Positions 1 to 8,491 of a stretch of 32,000 nt of DNA are shown here, piece by piece. The stretch comes from Promethearchaeota archaeon. Its GTDB lineage: Archaea; Asgardarchaeota; Lokiarchaeia; Sigyniarchaeales; Promethearchaeaceae. Made by a program: the position numbers and the translations under genes. How positions within the stretch are numbered: position 1 is the stretch's first letter; each line of letters begins with the position of its first letter. The DNA lies in NCBI GenBank assembly GCA_016933055.1, contig JAFGBS010000014.1, forward strand, positions 90,001 through 122,000. Reading direction: 5' to 3'. The notes beneath the pieces are model-generated. The model searched no databases. It was not told the DNA's origin and was given only the letters and a program-made list of their open reading frames with translations.

Positions 1-2
1 TT

Positions 3-362
3 GATTCTTTATCAATTGATGATGTTGCACAAGAATTAAGTGCCTTTGAAGAAGAACCCTCCGAAGTTGAACGGGAAATTTCTGCTGCAGAAGAAGAATT
101 CGAGGAAGAGATTCAAGAAGAACGGATTTATACAATCCCTCTTGCAAGGGAATTTCAGAAAGCTCCAAATTGGAATCGAACAAAGCGTGCGATGAAGGTT
201 CTAAGGAAATTCGTTACCCGACATATGAAACCCGAAGCATTATATATTTCACAAGAAGTAAATGAACTTTTATGGGAAAATGGAATTAAAAAACCACCAC
301 GCAAAATTCGTGTTCGCGTCACGAAAAGCGTGGAAGGATTAGTAAGAGTATTTCCTGCATAA
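3..362 (+). CDS. rpl31e: 50S ribosomal protein L31e (5'-partial) with acidic N-terminal extension
   Basis: Not in the ORF track because it has no start in the window. Manual translation of frame 3: ...EEEFEEEIQEERIYTIPLAREFQKAPNWNRTKRAMKVLRKFVTRHMK...LWENGIKKPPRKIRVRV...FPA*, stop TAA at 360-362. ERIYTIPL, R.KRA..LR.F..RH and W..GI.KPPRKIRV are eL31 hallmarks, and it lies directly upstream of eIF6. Confidence 0.95.
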   Translation, partial: DSLSIDDVAQELSAFEEEPSEVEREISAAEEEFEEEIQEERIYTIPLAREFQKAPNWNRTKRAMKVLRKFVTRHMKPEALYISQEVNELLWENGIKKPPRKIRVRVTKSVEGLVRVFPA

Positions 363-388
363 AATAAAATCGGAATCAAGGGGCTTTC

Positions 389-1075
389 ATGGGAATTTTA
401 AAAGATAAATTGTTTGGTAGTGTTGATCTCGGTGTATACATGGCAATCAATAATAATTTTTTATTTATTCCTAGAAATACCCCTCCTGAAAAAATAGAAG
501 CTTTTCACAAACCTTTCAATAACACAACTTCGGATTTTTCCATCGTTACTACTAGCATTAATCAAAGTTCCTTATTGGGTGTATACATAGCAACAAATTC
601 TAATGGAATTCTTGTTCCTTCAATTATTTCAGAATCAGAATTAATGGAAATCACGGAATATAGTAAAACTTATGATGTACACATAGAAATCTTGGACTCT
701 ACCGACAATGCCTTAGGTAATTTGATATTATGTAATAATTACGGATGTGTTATTTCTTCGGAATTAGCAGAAAATGTGAAAATAATACAAGAAGTTCTAG
801 ATGTTGAGGTAATGATTCTTGATTATGCTCAAAATAAACTTCCGGGTTCATCGGGTGTTACAAATAATCATGGGTGCTGTGTTCATCCTCTCACCTCCGA
901 AAAACAGGCAGAATTAATCGGAGAAGTATTAAGAGTGCCAGTTGATGTTTCCACTATTAATATGGGAAATCCATATGTTCGAGCGGGTTCAATTGTAAAT
1001 GATTTCGGTGGAATTTTCGGGTATGATTCCTCTGGTCCTGAACTCATGAGGATTTCAAATGTATTGAACCTTTGA
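389..1075 (+). CDS. eif6: Translation initiation factor 6 (aIF6)
   Basis: Pentein repeats with LGNLILCNNYG, GSSGVTNNHGCCVHP, TINMGNPYVRAG and ELMRI motifs; canonical position after rpl31e. Confidence 0.96.
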   Translation: MGILKDKLFGSVDLGVYMAINNNFLFIPRNTPPEKIEAFHKPFNNTTSDFSIVTTSINQSSLLGVYIATNSNGILVPSIISESELMEITEYSKTYDVHIEILDSTDNALGNLILCNNYGCVISSELAENVKIIQEVLDVEVMILDYAQNKLPGSSGVTNNHGCCVHPLTSEKQAELIGEVLRVPVDVSTINMGNPYVRAGSIVNDFGGIFGYDSSGPELMRISNVLNL

Positions 1076-1376
1076 ATGGCCGAATTATCTTAGTTCCATT
1101 TAATTAATTATAATCTTACTCTATTAACTTATTTTTAAGCTCACGAGTCGTTTTAGGAACCTATTTTCCTCAAATCTAATGAAGGTCGATCCCGAACTAA
1201 ATATAATTTACCGATTTAGTTAAAAAACTCTGCCATCCCGTGAGATCTTTTGGTAAAACGGAGAAGAAGAACGGAAGAGATTCAAGTTTTCCTACTGAGA
1301 ACTGTCGTAAATAAAATCGAGAATAAAATTGATAAAGTATCTAATCTTTTTCTTTTCAAACCAGGAAAGTTGAACG

Positions 1377-1610
1377 ATGTCAAAAGTAAAAGTATTCCGT
1401 GTAGAAGGAGAATATACCAAAGAACACCAACGATATGTGTTTCGAAAGGAAAAGAGAGCACTGACCAAAGAAGAAGCGATAGAACTCGTTCTATCAGAAA
1501 TTACCTCAATCGGAATTTATCGCCGCCAAATTAAGAACCTTGCAGTAAAAGAACTTAAGGAAAATGAGATTAAAGATCCTTTAATATTACAGCTGATGGA
1601 GAATCAATAA
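1377..1610 (+). CDS. rpl18a: 50S ribosomal protein L18Ae/LX (eL20)
   Basis: 77 aa with KVFRVEG, FRKE.RA...EEAIE.V.SEI.S and R.QIK..V.E; conserved eIF6-LX-pfdA-ftsY order. Confidence 0.85.
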   Translation: MSKVKVFRVEGEYTKEHQRYVFRKEKRALTKEEAIELVLSEITSIGIYRRQIKNLAVKELKENEIKDPLILQLMENQ

Positions 1611-1626
1611 AAATTGTGATCAATTT

Positions 1627-2082
1627 ATGACTGAATCCCCCGATTATCAACAGCTTCTTGTGCATGCCTATAATCTTCAAATGCAATTACAAGCCTCCAT
1701 GAATGAATTATCTCAAGTAGAAAATATGCTTGAAGGACTCTCTCTCACTAATGAAGTAATTGATGGGCTAAATGAGGCACCTCCCAATCAGGAAATAATA
1801 CTTCCCATAGGAAGTTACGCCTATATAAAAGCTAAGATACCGAATCCTGATAATTTCCTAATTCATATAGGACGAAAAACAGTCGTAGAGCGTGATTCCA
1901 AACAATCTTTGGATCTCATTCGAAAAAAACGAGATCAATTTCAAAAACAAAAGGATACACTAAAAAAAATTGTTGATGAACTTACGCAGAAATTGAAAGA
2001 GATTGAACCTTATGTTACTCAATTTCAACAACAATATCAACAACAACAACTTAACCTTTCATCAAAAGATCTAAATGTTTAA
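1627..2082 (+). CDS. pfdA: Prefoldin subunit alpha
   Basis: Coiled coil, then beta-hairpins (EIILPIGSYAYIKAKI, FLIHIGRKTVVE), then coiled coil; Gln-rich tail; sits upstream of ftsY. Confidence 0.92.
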   Translation: MTESPDYQQLLVHAYNLQMQLQASMNELSQVENMLEGLSLTNEVIDGLNEAPPNQEIILPIGSYAYIKAKIPNPDNFLIHIGRKTVVERDSKQSLDLIRKKRDQFQKQKDTLKKIVDELTQKLKEIEPYVTQFQQQYQQQQLNLSSKDLNV

Positions 2083-2127
2083 AGCCCAATCATCTATTTC
2101 TCTGTATTCCCTCTAAGTGAGAACATC

Positions 2128-3021
2128 ATGTTTTCTAAACTTCGAAATTCTCTTAAAAATTTAGGCAAAAGAACTCTAAATGAATCAAATATGGAAAAAA
2201 CATTTGAAGAGTTGGAAATGACCCTTATTCGGAATGATGTTGCAGTAGATGTGGCTTCCGAGATCTGCGAAATTACTAAACGAAACATAGTTGGAGAGAA
2301 AGTAGGGATATTTTCTTTGAAAAAAAGTTTGTTAGATGCATTGCGGGTAGCCATTCAAGAAATCTTAAGTATGGATGACATCTCTTTTAGCTTATTAGAT
2401 CGAATCCAGGAAAAAAAGAAAACAAATCAACCATACGTAATTTTAGTGCTGGGAGTTAATGGTACCGGAAAAACAACAACTATCGCTAGGTTATGTAAAT
2501 TATTCAAAGATCACAAAATAAGTACAATTGTAGCAGCAAGTGATACTTTTCGCGCAGGCGCAATCGAGCAGCTTTCCATCCATATGGAGAATGTCGGAAT
2601 TAGGGTCGTAAAGGGACAATATAATTCTGATCCGGCATCAGTTGGATATGATGCAATTGATAGTGCGATGGCAAAAGGGATCGATGTAGTAATCATAGAT
2701 ACTGCTGGGCGTCAAATAACAAATAAAAATCTTATGGAAGAACTCAAGAAAATAAAACGGGTAAATAATCCGGATTTAACGCTGTTTGTAGGGGATTCAC
2801 TAGCTGGAAATGACGTATTAAATCAAGCAGAAGCCTTCAATAGCTCATTAGGAATTGATGCATCAATTATCACAAAAGTAGATGCTGATGCGAAGGGAGG
2901 AGCTGCACTTTCCATCGCCCATATCACAAAAAGACCAATATTGTATATTGGAATTGGTCAAGGATATGATGATCTTAAACCATTCGATCCAGAATGGTTT
3001 GTAGAAAAACTCTTGGGATGA
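2128..3021 (+). CDS. ftsY: SRP receptor FtsY (NG domain only)
   Basis: GVNGTGKTTT, DTFRAGAIEQL, DTAGR, TKVDADAKGG and GIGQGYDDL motifs. Confidence 0.97.
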   Translation: MFSKLRNSLKNLGKRTLNESNMEKTFEELEMTLIRNDVAVDVASEICEITKRNIVGEKVGIFSLKKSLLDALRVAIQEILSMDDISFSLLDRIQEKKKTNQPYVILVLGVNGTGKTTTIARLCKLFKDHKISTIVAASDTFRAGAIEQLSIHMENVGIRVVKGQYNSDPASVGYDAIDSAMAKGIDVVIIDTAGRQITNKNLMEELKKIKRVNNPDLTLFVGDSLAGNDVLNQAEAFNSSLGIDASIITKVDADAKGGAALSIAHITKRPILYIGIGQGYDDLKPFDPEWFVEKLLG

Positions 3022-3515
3022 ACTATATGAAATACGATGGAACCAATGTTTCTCATAAAAAATTTAAAGCTAAATTCCGTACTAGGGTGAATTTAGTTTG
3101 GGGAAAAGTAATTCCTACCAGTAAAAGAGAAGCTTTAGCATATCCCCAGGGATTTCCTGCAACATTATATTTGACTGATCGCAGAATATTCGTCACGGGA
3201 ACTTTCATAGAGAAAAAGGGATTATTACAGAAGAAAAGCATGAATACGGTTTATTTTGAAGCAGGATTGCAGTATGTAGATAAATACAAGCTAGATATAT
3301 ATAAAAAAGTAAAATCTGGTTATATCTCCTTTAACTCTCATGGAGATGTCCATGAAGGTGTTATTCATTTTCTACGATTAACACGTGAAATGATCCGTAC
3401 ATTGCAAGAAGCAATTGAAAATGTGAAAGATATTAAGAAATTAAGAGAAAACACAGGCATTGTCATTCTTGGGCAAGATCCTATAGAAATACTCAAAGAA
3501 CGCTTGAGAAAGTAA
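3018..3515 (+). CDS. Hypothetical protein, possible PH/GRAM-like fold
   Basis: ATG at 3018 overlaps the ftsY stop (ATGA). ATLYLTDRRIFV resembles the G.LYLT..R..F strand of GRAM/PH-like domains, followed by beta strands and a C-terminal helix. Confidence 0.55.
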   Translation: MNYMKYDGTNVSHKKFKAKFRTRVNLVWGKVIPTSKREALAYPQGFPATLYLTDRRIFVTGTFIEKKGLLQKKSMNTVYFEAGLQYVDKYKLDIYKKVKSGYISFNSHGDVHEGVIHFLRLTREMIRTLQEAIENVKDIKKLRENTGIVILGQDPIEILKERLRK

Positions 3516-3624
3516 AAGAGTTTCATTATCTCTTCGATGTAATAATCCAATGTTTACTTATCGAACAACCTCTTGAAGAATAACTCTTAAAAGTAAAAGA
3601 ACTTAGAGAGTTAATTGTTTGGGA

Positions 3625-4632
3625 TTATTTTTGTAAATATGTATCTAAGTCTAAATTTTTCAGCCATTCCAAGGTAATTTGAAGCCCTTCTTTATATTTA
3701 ATTTTAGGTGTCCAGCCTAATTCCCTTTTAGCTTTCTCTATTGAAAATTCTAATCTGGAACCAAGATTTTTTACTGAGTAGGTTGTTAATAATGGACGTC
3801 TGGTGCGCTTGATCAATAAAGCCCATTTTTCCATCATCCATGCGATACCTAATGCTAGGAAATAGGGAATCCGTGTTTTTACAGGAGGCATTTCCATCGC
3901 TTTTGCAATTTCTTGGCATAATTCTTGGAGAGTCGTCATTTCACCATCATGAATTAAATATCCATTCCCAATAGCACAAGGTTCAGTACTGATCAGCATT
4001 AAAAAATCAATAAGATTGTCAATATAACAGGGCCAAACATGCACATTTTTCCTCCAAAATAGCATGTTTTTCTTTAGGATTGCTTCCGCTAAGGTTGGTA
4101 TGAATGTAGTATCCCCTTTACCAAAGATCCAAGTACCATAAACCATTGTTATTGGTAATTTGTGGAGGTTATAATACTTCCATGCAATTTCTTCAGCATC
4201 GATTTTTGTGTCACTATAAGGTTCACCCCATTTTTTGTAAGGAAAGGTTTCATCCATTACTATTCCTTCCTTCAATCCAAACACATCATTGGTGCTCATA
4301 TATACCAATCTCTTTACTCCCGCTTCTACAGCAGTTTGGCATAAATTTTCCATTCCTTTGACATTTACTTCATGAAACAATTTCCAGGGTGCCCAATCCG
4401 TAACAACACCTGCACAATGAAAAATTATATCCATCCCACTACACGCTTGTCGTAGAGATTCAATATTTCTCATGTCTCCAATCATAATCTCTACTCCCAA
4501 TTTCTGCAATTCATTTTTTTTGGGGTCATTTTGGAGTAGTAATCCACGAATTGTATTTCCTTGTGTGATATTGGCTGATACGAGATGAGTCCCAATAAAC
4601 CCGGATGCACCAGTTATTAATACTTTCGCCAT
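3625..4632 (-). CDS. NAD-dependent epimerase/dehydratase (extended SDR, 3-beta-HSD-like)
   Basis: TGASGFIG Rossmann motif, VNVKG, YSDTK (YxxxK), LGWTP C-terminal motif. Confidence 0.9.
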   Translation of the reverse strand: MAKVLITGASGFIGTHLVSANITQGNTIRGLLLQNDPKKNELQKLGVEIMIGDMRNIESLRQACSGMDIIFHCAGVVTDWAPWKLFHEVNVKGMENLCQTAVEAGVKRLVYMSTNDVFGLKEGIVMDETFPYKKWGEPYSDTKIDAEEIAWKYYNLHKLPITMVYGTWIFGKGDTTFIPTLAEAILKKNMLFWRKNVHVWPCYIDNLIDFLMLISTEPCAIGNGYLIHDGEMTTLQELCQEIAKAMEMPPVKTRIPYFLALGIAWMMEKWALLIKRTRRPLLTTYSVKNLGSRLEFSIEKAKRELGWTPKIKYKEGLQITLEWLKNLDLDTYLQK

Positions 4633-4753
4633 TCTTATTCTACTACCATATCTAGAACGTTCTTATATTTAAGACTTTAATCCAAACTTCGAATGGCATT
4701 ACCACAATGTTAAAATGTGATCAGACGTTGAGTTACTCACCAAAAGCAACCTC

Positions 4754-4882
4754 GCACCGATTGTATAGTGGTTATTGATTCTTGATCAACCATAAAGTAT
4801 CTTGGGCTTCCATAGCTTAGAGATGTCATCATTTCTGGCTTGAAGGGACCCAAGGAGCCGGGTTCGACTCCCGGTCGGTGCA
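4754..4882 (+). tRNA. tRNA-Gly(TCC) with two introns (D-loop, ~4775-4794; canonical 37/38, 4813-4847)
   Basis: Acceptor GCACCGA(4754-60)/TCGGTGC(4875-81)+A73. T-arm CCGGG-TTCGACT-CCCGG. Anticodon stem TTGGG(4802-06)/CCCAA(4849-53), anticodon TCC at 4809-11. Intron 2 BHB: CTTC/GAAG helix with CAT and GGA bulges. Intron 1: TGGT/ACCA helix plus TGAT/ATCA intron stem; its boundaries are uncertain by 2 nt. Confidence 0.9.
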
Positions 4883-5048
4883 TTCTTATTCATGAAAAAT
4901 TTTTTTATCCATGTTGAGAAGTATCATGATGTTGAAGGAGAGGTAATATATTGTGTTAATCGAATTTTTTCCTTGCTAGTTTTTAGTTCATGAAAATGAA
5001 TTTAGGTTGGAGATCACTCACAACTACATCAATAGGGAGAGCTATACA

Positions 5049-5879
5049 GTGAACCATATCCAAAAATTTCGGGAATTAATCAATGAAATTGATATCAAAA
5101 TTGCAGACCTGATTGAAGAACGAGTAGAAATTGCTAAAAAAGTCGGGATATTAAAATCTGAAATGGGACTACCCGTTATTCAACCCGAACGTGAGGATGA
5201 AATCATCCGTGATATGAAAAAAACCATAAAATCTATCTCCCCAGAATCCATTAGTGCCATTTGGAATGAAATCATCCGAGCGTGCCGATCAGTTGAAGAA
5301 GGTCAATTTCGAATTTGTTATTTGTCTGGAACAGATAGTGGATTAGCTAGCGAAAATTTTTTTAATTCAGCAAATTCCATCATTACTCCTTTAACAACTT
5401 GTGAAGAAATAAGCACGAATATTGTTGAGGGGCATTACCGATATGGAGTGATTCCCATTGAAAGCTCTTCAGAGGGTACCATTAAGGAATCATTAGATAT
5501 TCTCATTGAACATGATCTAATTATTTACGGAGAAGAATTTATTCAAAACTCAGATGAGTCTTATACTCGCTTTCTAATCATTTCTACCCAAGAACACGAA
5601 CCTACAGAAAATGATAAAACCTCCATCATTTTTGTAACTTTAGATAAACCAGGGCAATTAAGTAAAGTAATCCAATTGTTTGCTGAAATGAACATAAATC
5701 TCACTAAAATTGAATCTCGGCCTCGAAAGCGCGATAATGATACGTGGGAATATGTATTTTTCTTGGAATTCGATGGAAATTTGCACGATTCCCGAATTAC
5801 GGCGATATTGGATCAGATGAGTAATTTTACAACATGGATTAAAGTATTGGGGTCCTATCCAAAAAAAGCAGAAGTATGA
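5049..5879 (+). CDS. pheA: Chorismate mutase / truncated prephenate dehydratase / ACT fusion (PheA-like)
   Basis: AroQ motif (RELINEIDIKI..LIEERV..A..VG..K...PV..PERE), GVIPIESSSEG, YTRF, and ACT DKPGQL...NLTKIESRP...YVFFLEFDG...VLGSYP. Start is probably GTG 5049 (GGGAG 9 nt upstream); the ORF track starts at TTG 5007. Confidence 0.85.
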   Translation: MNHIQKFRELINEIDIKIADLIEERVEIAKKVGILKSEMGLPVIQPEREDEIIRDMKKTIKSISPESISAIWNEIIRACRSVEEGQFRICYLSGTDSGLASENFFNSANSIITPLTTCEEISTNIVEGHYRYGVIPIESSSEGTIKESLDILIEHDLIIYGEEFIQNSDESYTRFLIISTQEHEPTENDKTSIIFVTLDKPGQLSKVIQLFAEMNINLTKIESRPRKRDNDTWEYVFFLEFDGNLHDSRITAILDQMSNFTTWIKVLGSYPKKAEV

Positions 5880-5919
5880 ATCCATACACTAAAATAACTT
5901 GTCCACTAGATGGTTAACT

Positions 5920-6642
5920 ATGAATGATCAACGAGCGGATGGCCGCCAGTATGATGAATTACGACCTTGTAAAATCACAAGACATTTTCTGTATAATGCC
6001 GATGGCAGTTGTTTAATTGAAATGGGGAGAACTCGAGTATTGTGTGCTGCCACTGTAGAATCGAAACCGGTGAAATGGATGAGTTCAAATAGCTCTGATT
6101 CATGGGTAACAGCAGAATATGGATTGATGCCAGCATCCGTAGGGAATCGTGTACGCCGCCCTATTGGGTATCCAAATTCACGATCTATAGAGATTCAGCG
6201 GTTAATTGGTCGTTCCATTCGAGGAGCGTTTGAGTTGGAGGGGCTTGGAGAATGCACCATACGAGTTGATTGTGATGTGTTAGATGGAGATGGGGGCACC
6301 AGATGCGCATCAATTACTGGAGGTTTTGTTGCTGCATTCGATGCCTTTATTTTGGCAGAGGAGAAGGGATTTATTCATAAGTTCCCTGATTACAAGGTAA
6401 CTGCTGCGATTTCAGCAGGCATCGTGGAAGGAAAAGCCTTATTAGATTTAAACTATAATGAAGATTCCCGAGCAGATGTAGATGGCAACTTTGTATTAGA
6501 TGAAAATGGAAACTATATTGAGATTCAATGCTCCGCGGAACGAGTAAATTTTGATCACTCGCAACTTTCAGAGCTATTAAAACTTGCAGAAAAAGGCACG
6601 AAAGAATTAATAGAGTATCAAAAAGAAATCTTAGAACTTTAA
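5920..6642 (+). CDS. rph: Ribonuclease PH, bacterial type
   Basis: R.DGR..DELRP, WVTAEYGLMP, EIQRLIGRSIR, DCDVLDGDGGTRCASITG, LDLNYNEDSRADVD, EIQCSAE. Start is probably ATG 5920 (ORF track: 5899). Confidence 0.9.
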   Translation: MNDQRADGRQYDELRPCKITRHFLYNADGSCLIEMGRTRVLCAATVESKPVKWMSSNSSDSWVTAEYGLMPASVGNRVRRPIGYPNSRSIEIQRLIGRSIRGAFELEGLGECTIRVDCDVLDGDGGTRCASITGGFVAAFDAFILAEEKGFIHKFPDYKVTAAISAGIVEGKALLDLNYNEDSRADVDGNFVLDENGNYIEIQCSAERVNFDHSQLSELLKLAEKGTKELIEYQKEILEL

Positions 6643-6655
6643 TAGGTTCATAATT

Positions 6656-6946
6656 TTAACCAGAACTAAACAAATGAAAAATTTTTTTATTCTTCATATC
6701 TATATATGCTTTTATTTTGGGATATCCATTTTGTTGAATGTGTCTGGATACAATTGTGACTCCGATCAGTTTTTTACCGTTAAAATTTGAAAATAAATTT
6801 AATTCGGGATAACATTTTTGTGTATATTTAATATCTTCCATCGACAATATTCGAATAACTGTATCAAATTTTGGATTTTTTTTTGTAAATTCTTGATATT
6901 CCAAGGAAGTTTGTAAAATTGGAACAATATCTTTCACCTTTACCAT
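6656..6946 (-). CDS. Hypothetical protein (96 aa)
   Basis: ATG lies 1 nt after the HerA-like gene's stop, fills the gap before rph, and has no recognisable motif. Confidence 0.6.
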   Translation of the reverse strand: MVKVKDIVPILQTSLEYQEFTKKNPKFDTVIRILSMEDIKYTQKCYPELNLFSNFNGKKLIGVTIVSRHIQQNGYPKIKAYIDMKNKKIFHLFSSG

Positions 6947-6947
6947 G

Positions 6948-8459
6948 CTACATGCCTTTGGATTGTTTTAATTCGGATAGTGTTCTTTCCGCAATATCAA
7001 CAGCTTCCTCTGCTCTCTTCTTTTGTTTTTGAAGCTCTTCCCGTAAGGTTTTCTGTTTATTAAATAAATCCAAGTTTTCTTTTTTTAGGATCTCAATTTG
7101 TCTGGTTTTTTCCTCAATTATTTCCATTAAATGATCTCTTTCCTCAACTAACGAATTCGATAAGGATTCATATTCGGTAAGAGTTAATATTTTTGATGTT
7201 CGTCGTTCGTGAGCGTTTGATAATTTATCCGGGCTTGTTGCGTTCCGTAGTTGTCGGATTAAAGGGGATATAGAAAATAATTCTGCATCTGGTACCAGAT
7301 CCGTGATATTGAATCCAGCTCCGCCGTGTAAAGTATATCTTTTCCGTATTTGGATTTGGATAGGGTTGAAAGGAACAATCTCCCCTGCAATAATTGATTC
7401 ACCGGGATTTAACATTTGGATTATTTCTTCATCCTCTTTTAATGAAAGCCCCTCTGCGGATTTACAGGTTATATTTATGTCATTCAAATCTGTCAATTTA
7501 TGAATTATCCACGTACCAGCTTGAGATCGAATGTTCACATCGAGGGCTTGTGGTCTCTGTGTTATTATTGCCAGATTCATTCCAAACTTTCTTCCTTCCA
7601 TACTAATTAGCCTTACTACATCAGAAAGTGGATCTTTCTGTTTCCCACAAAATTCATGCGCCTCATCGATAAACAGAAAATAAGGAGGAATCTTGCCCTT
7701 ACTTCCTTCTTCATAGAGGGAATGAAGGAGTTTTAGAACAATTTTTTTTTGATTTTCAATCGATAAACCCCGTAAATTGATTATAATACATTGTCCATGG
7801 GTAACAAGTTCTTCAGGTGGTGCCAAATAAAGATAATCTAAATCGAGATCTGCATTAGGATTGTAGGTTTTATCAGCAAATTCTACAATGTGATTTGCAA
7901 ATGCGACAGCGGGGTCCTCAATTTGAAAGAACGGCTCATCTTTAGGGAATTCTTGCTCTATTACTACTTTTAGGCTGGAATACTCCGCATGCCTATCAAT
8001 AATAACCACGGGGACATGTTGTTTAATTAACTCTTCCACTAAAACTCCCACGGTATAGGATTTTCCTGATCCAGACTTCCCAGTAATAAAGATCCTTCCA
8101 AAGGAGTCTAGTTGAAAATATAAAGGAATATGAGTAGAAATTAGATTTCCTAGATAGAGAGAGTGTCGGGGTTCCTTTTCAAGCTGCAAGATAGTTTGAA
8201 TTTCATGAGGGGCTGCTAAATAGATTGGTTTCTGTTGAAAAGGGGTTTTAGGAATCTCTCCCAGAACACGTACTTGGGCATATAATTGTCCGTTATCCCG
8301 CCAGATTTTTTGAATAGAAAGTAAAAAATTCTGATTTTCATGATTAATTGTTAAAAAATCCGTTCTACGTAACTTTGTATTCCATTCTGGATGCACTTGT
8401 ATCTTAAAACCCATGCATGTAGTTATTCCGTCCACTTCTGCAACTGGATTTTCACTCAT
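6948..8459 (-). CDS. HerA/FtsK-superfamily ATPase (DUF87-like) with N-terminal barrel and C-terminal coiled coil
   Basis: Walker A ITGKSGSGKS, VVIIDRHAEY, Walker B FLFIDEAHEF, EGRKFG..L..ITQRP, C-terminal heptads. Confidence 0.85.
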   Translation of the reverse strand: MSENPVAEVDGITTCMGFKIQVHPEWNTKLRRTDFLTINHENQNFLLSIQKIWRDNGQLYAQVRVLGEIPKTPFQQKPIYLAAPHEIQTILQLEKEPRHSLYLGNLISTHIPLYFQLDSFGRIFITGKSGSGKSYTVGVLVEELIKQHVPVVIIDRHAEYSSLKVVIEQEFPKDEPFFQIEDPAVAFANHIVEFADKTYNPNADLDLDYLYLAPPEELVTHGQCIIINLRGLSIENQKKIVLKLLHSLYEEGSKGKIPPYFLFIDEAHEFCGKQKDPLSDVVRLISMEGRKFGMNLAIITQRPQALDVNIRSQAGTWIIHKLTDLNDINITCKSAEGLSLKEDEEIIQMLNPGESIIAGEIVPFNPIQIQIRKRYTLHGGAGFNITDLVPDAELFSISPLIRQLRNATSPDKLSNAHERRTSKILTLTEYESLSNSLVEERDHLMEIIEEKTRQIEILKKENLDLFNKQKTLREELQKQKKRAEEAVDIAERTLSELKQSKGM

Positions 8460-8491
8460 TGTTATACAACATGATAATACAGTTTGAATAT

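Noticed and set aside
155-379. 74-aa minus-strand ORF
   Set aside because: Antisense shadow of rpl31e, which occupies the + strand.
1250-1534. 94-aa + strand ORF with TTG start
   Set aside because: Overlaps rpl18a out of frame, has no motif, and its composition is atypical.
2020-2055. CAA-rich tract encoding QFQQQYQQQQL in prefoldin alpha
   Set aside because: A short low-complexity coiled-coil tail, not a repeat element.
4802-4853. Reading the first tRNA as Trp (CCA) or Met (CAT)
   Set aside because: Stem geometry and BHB cut positions place TCC at 34-36, and G1-C72/C2-G71/A73 fit Gly.
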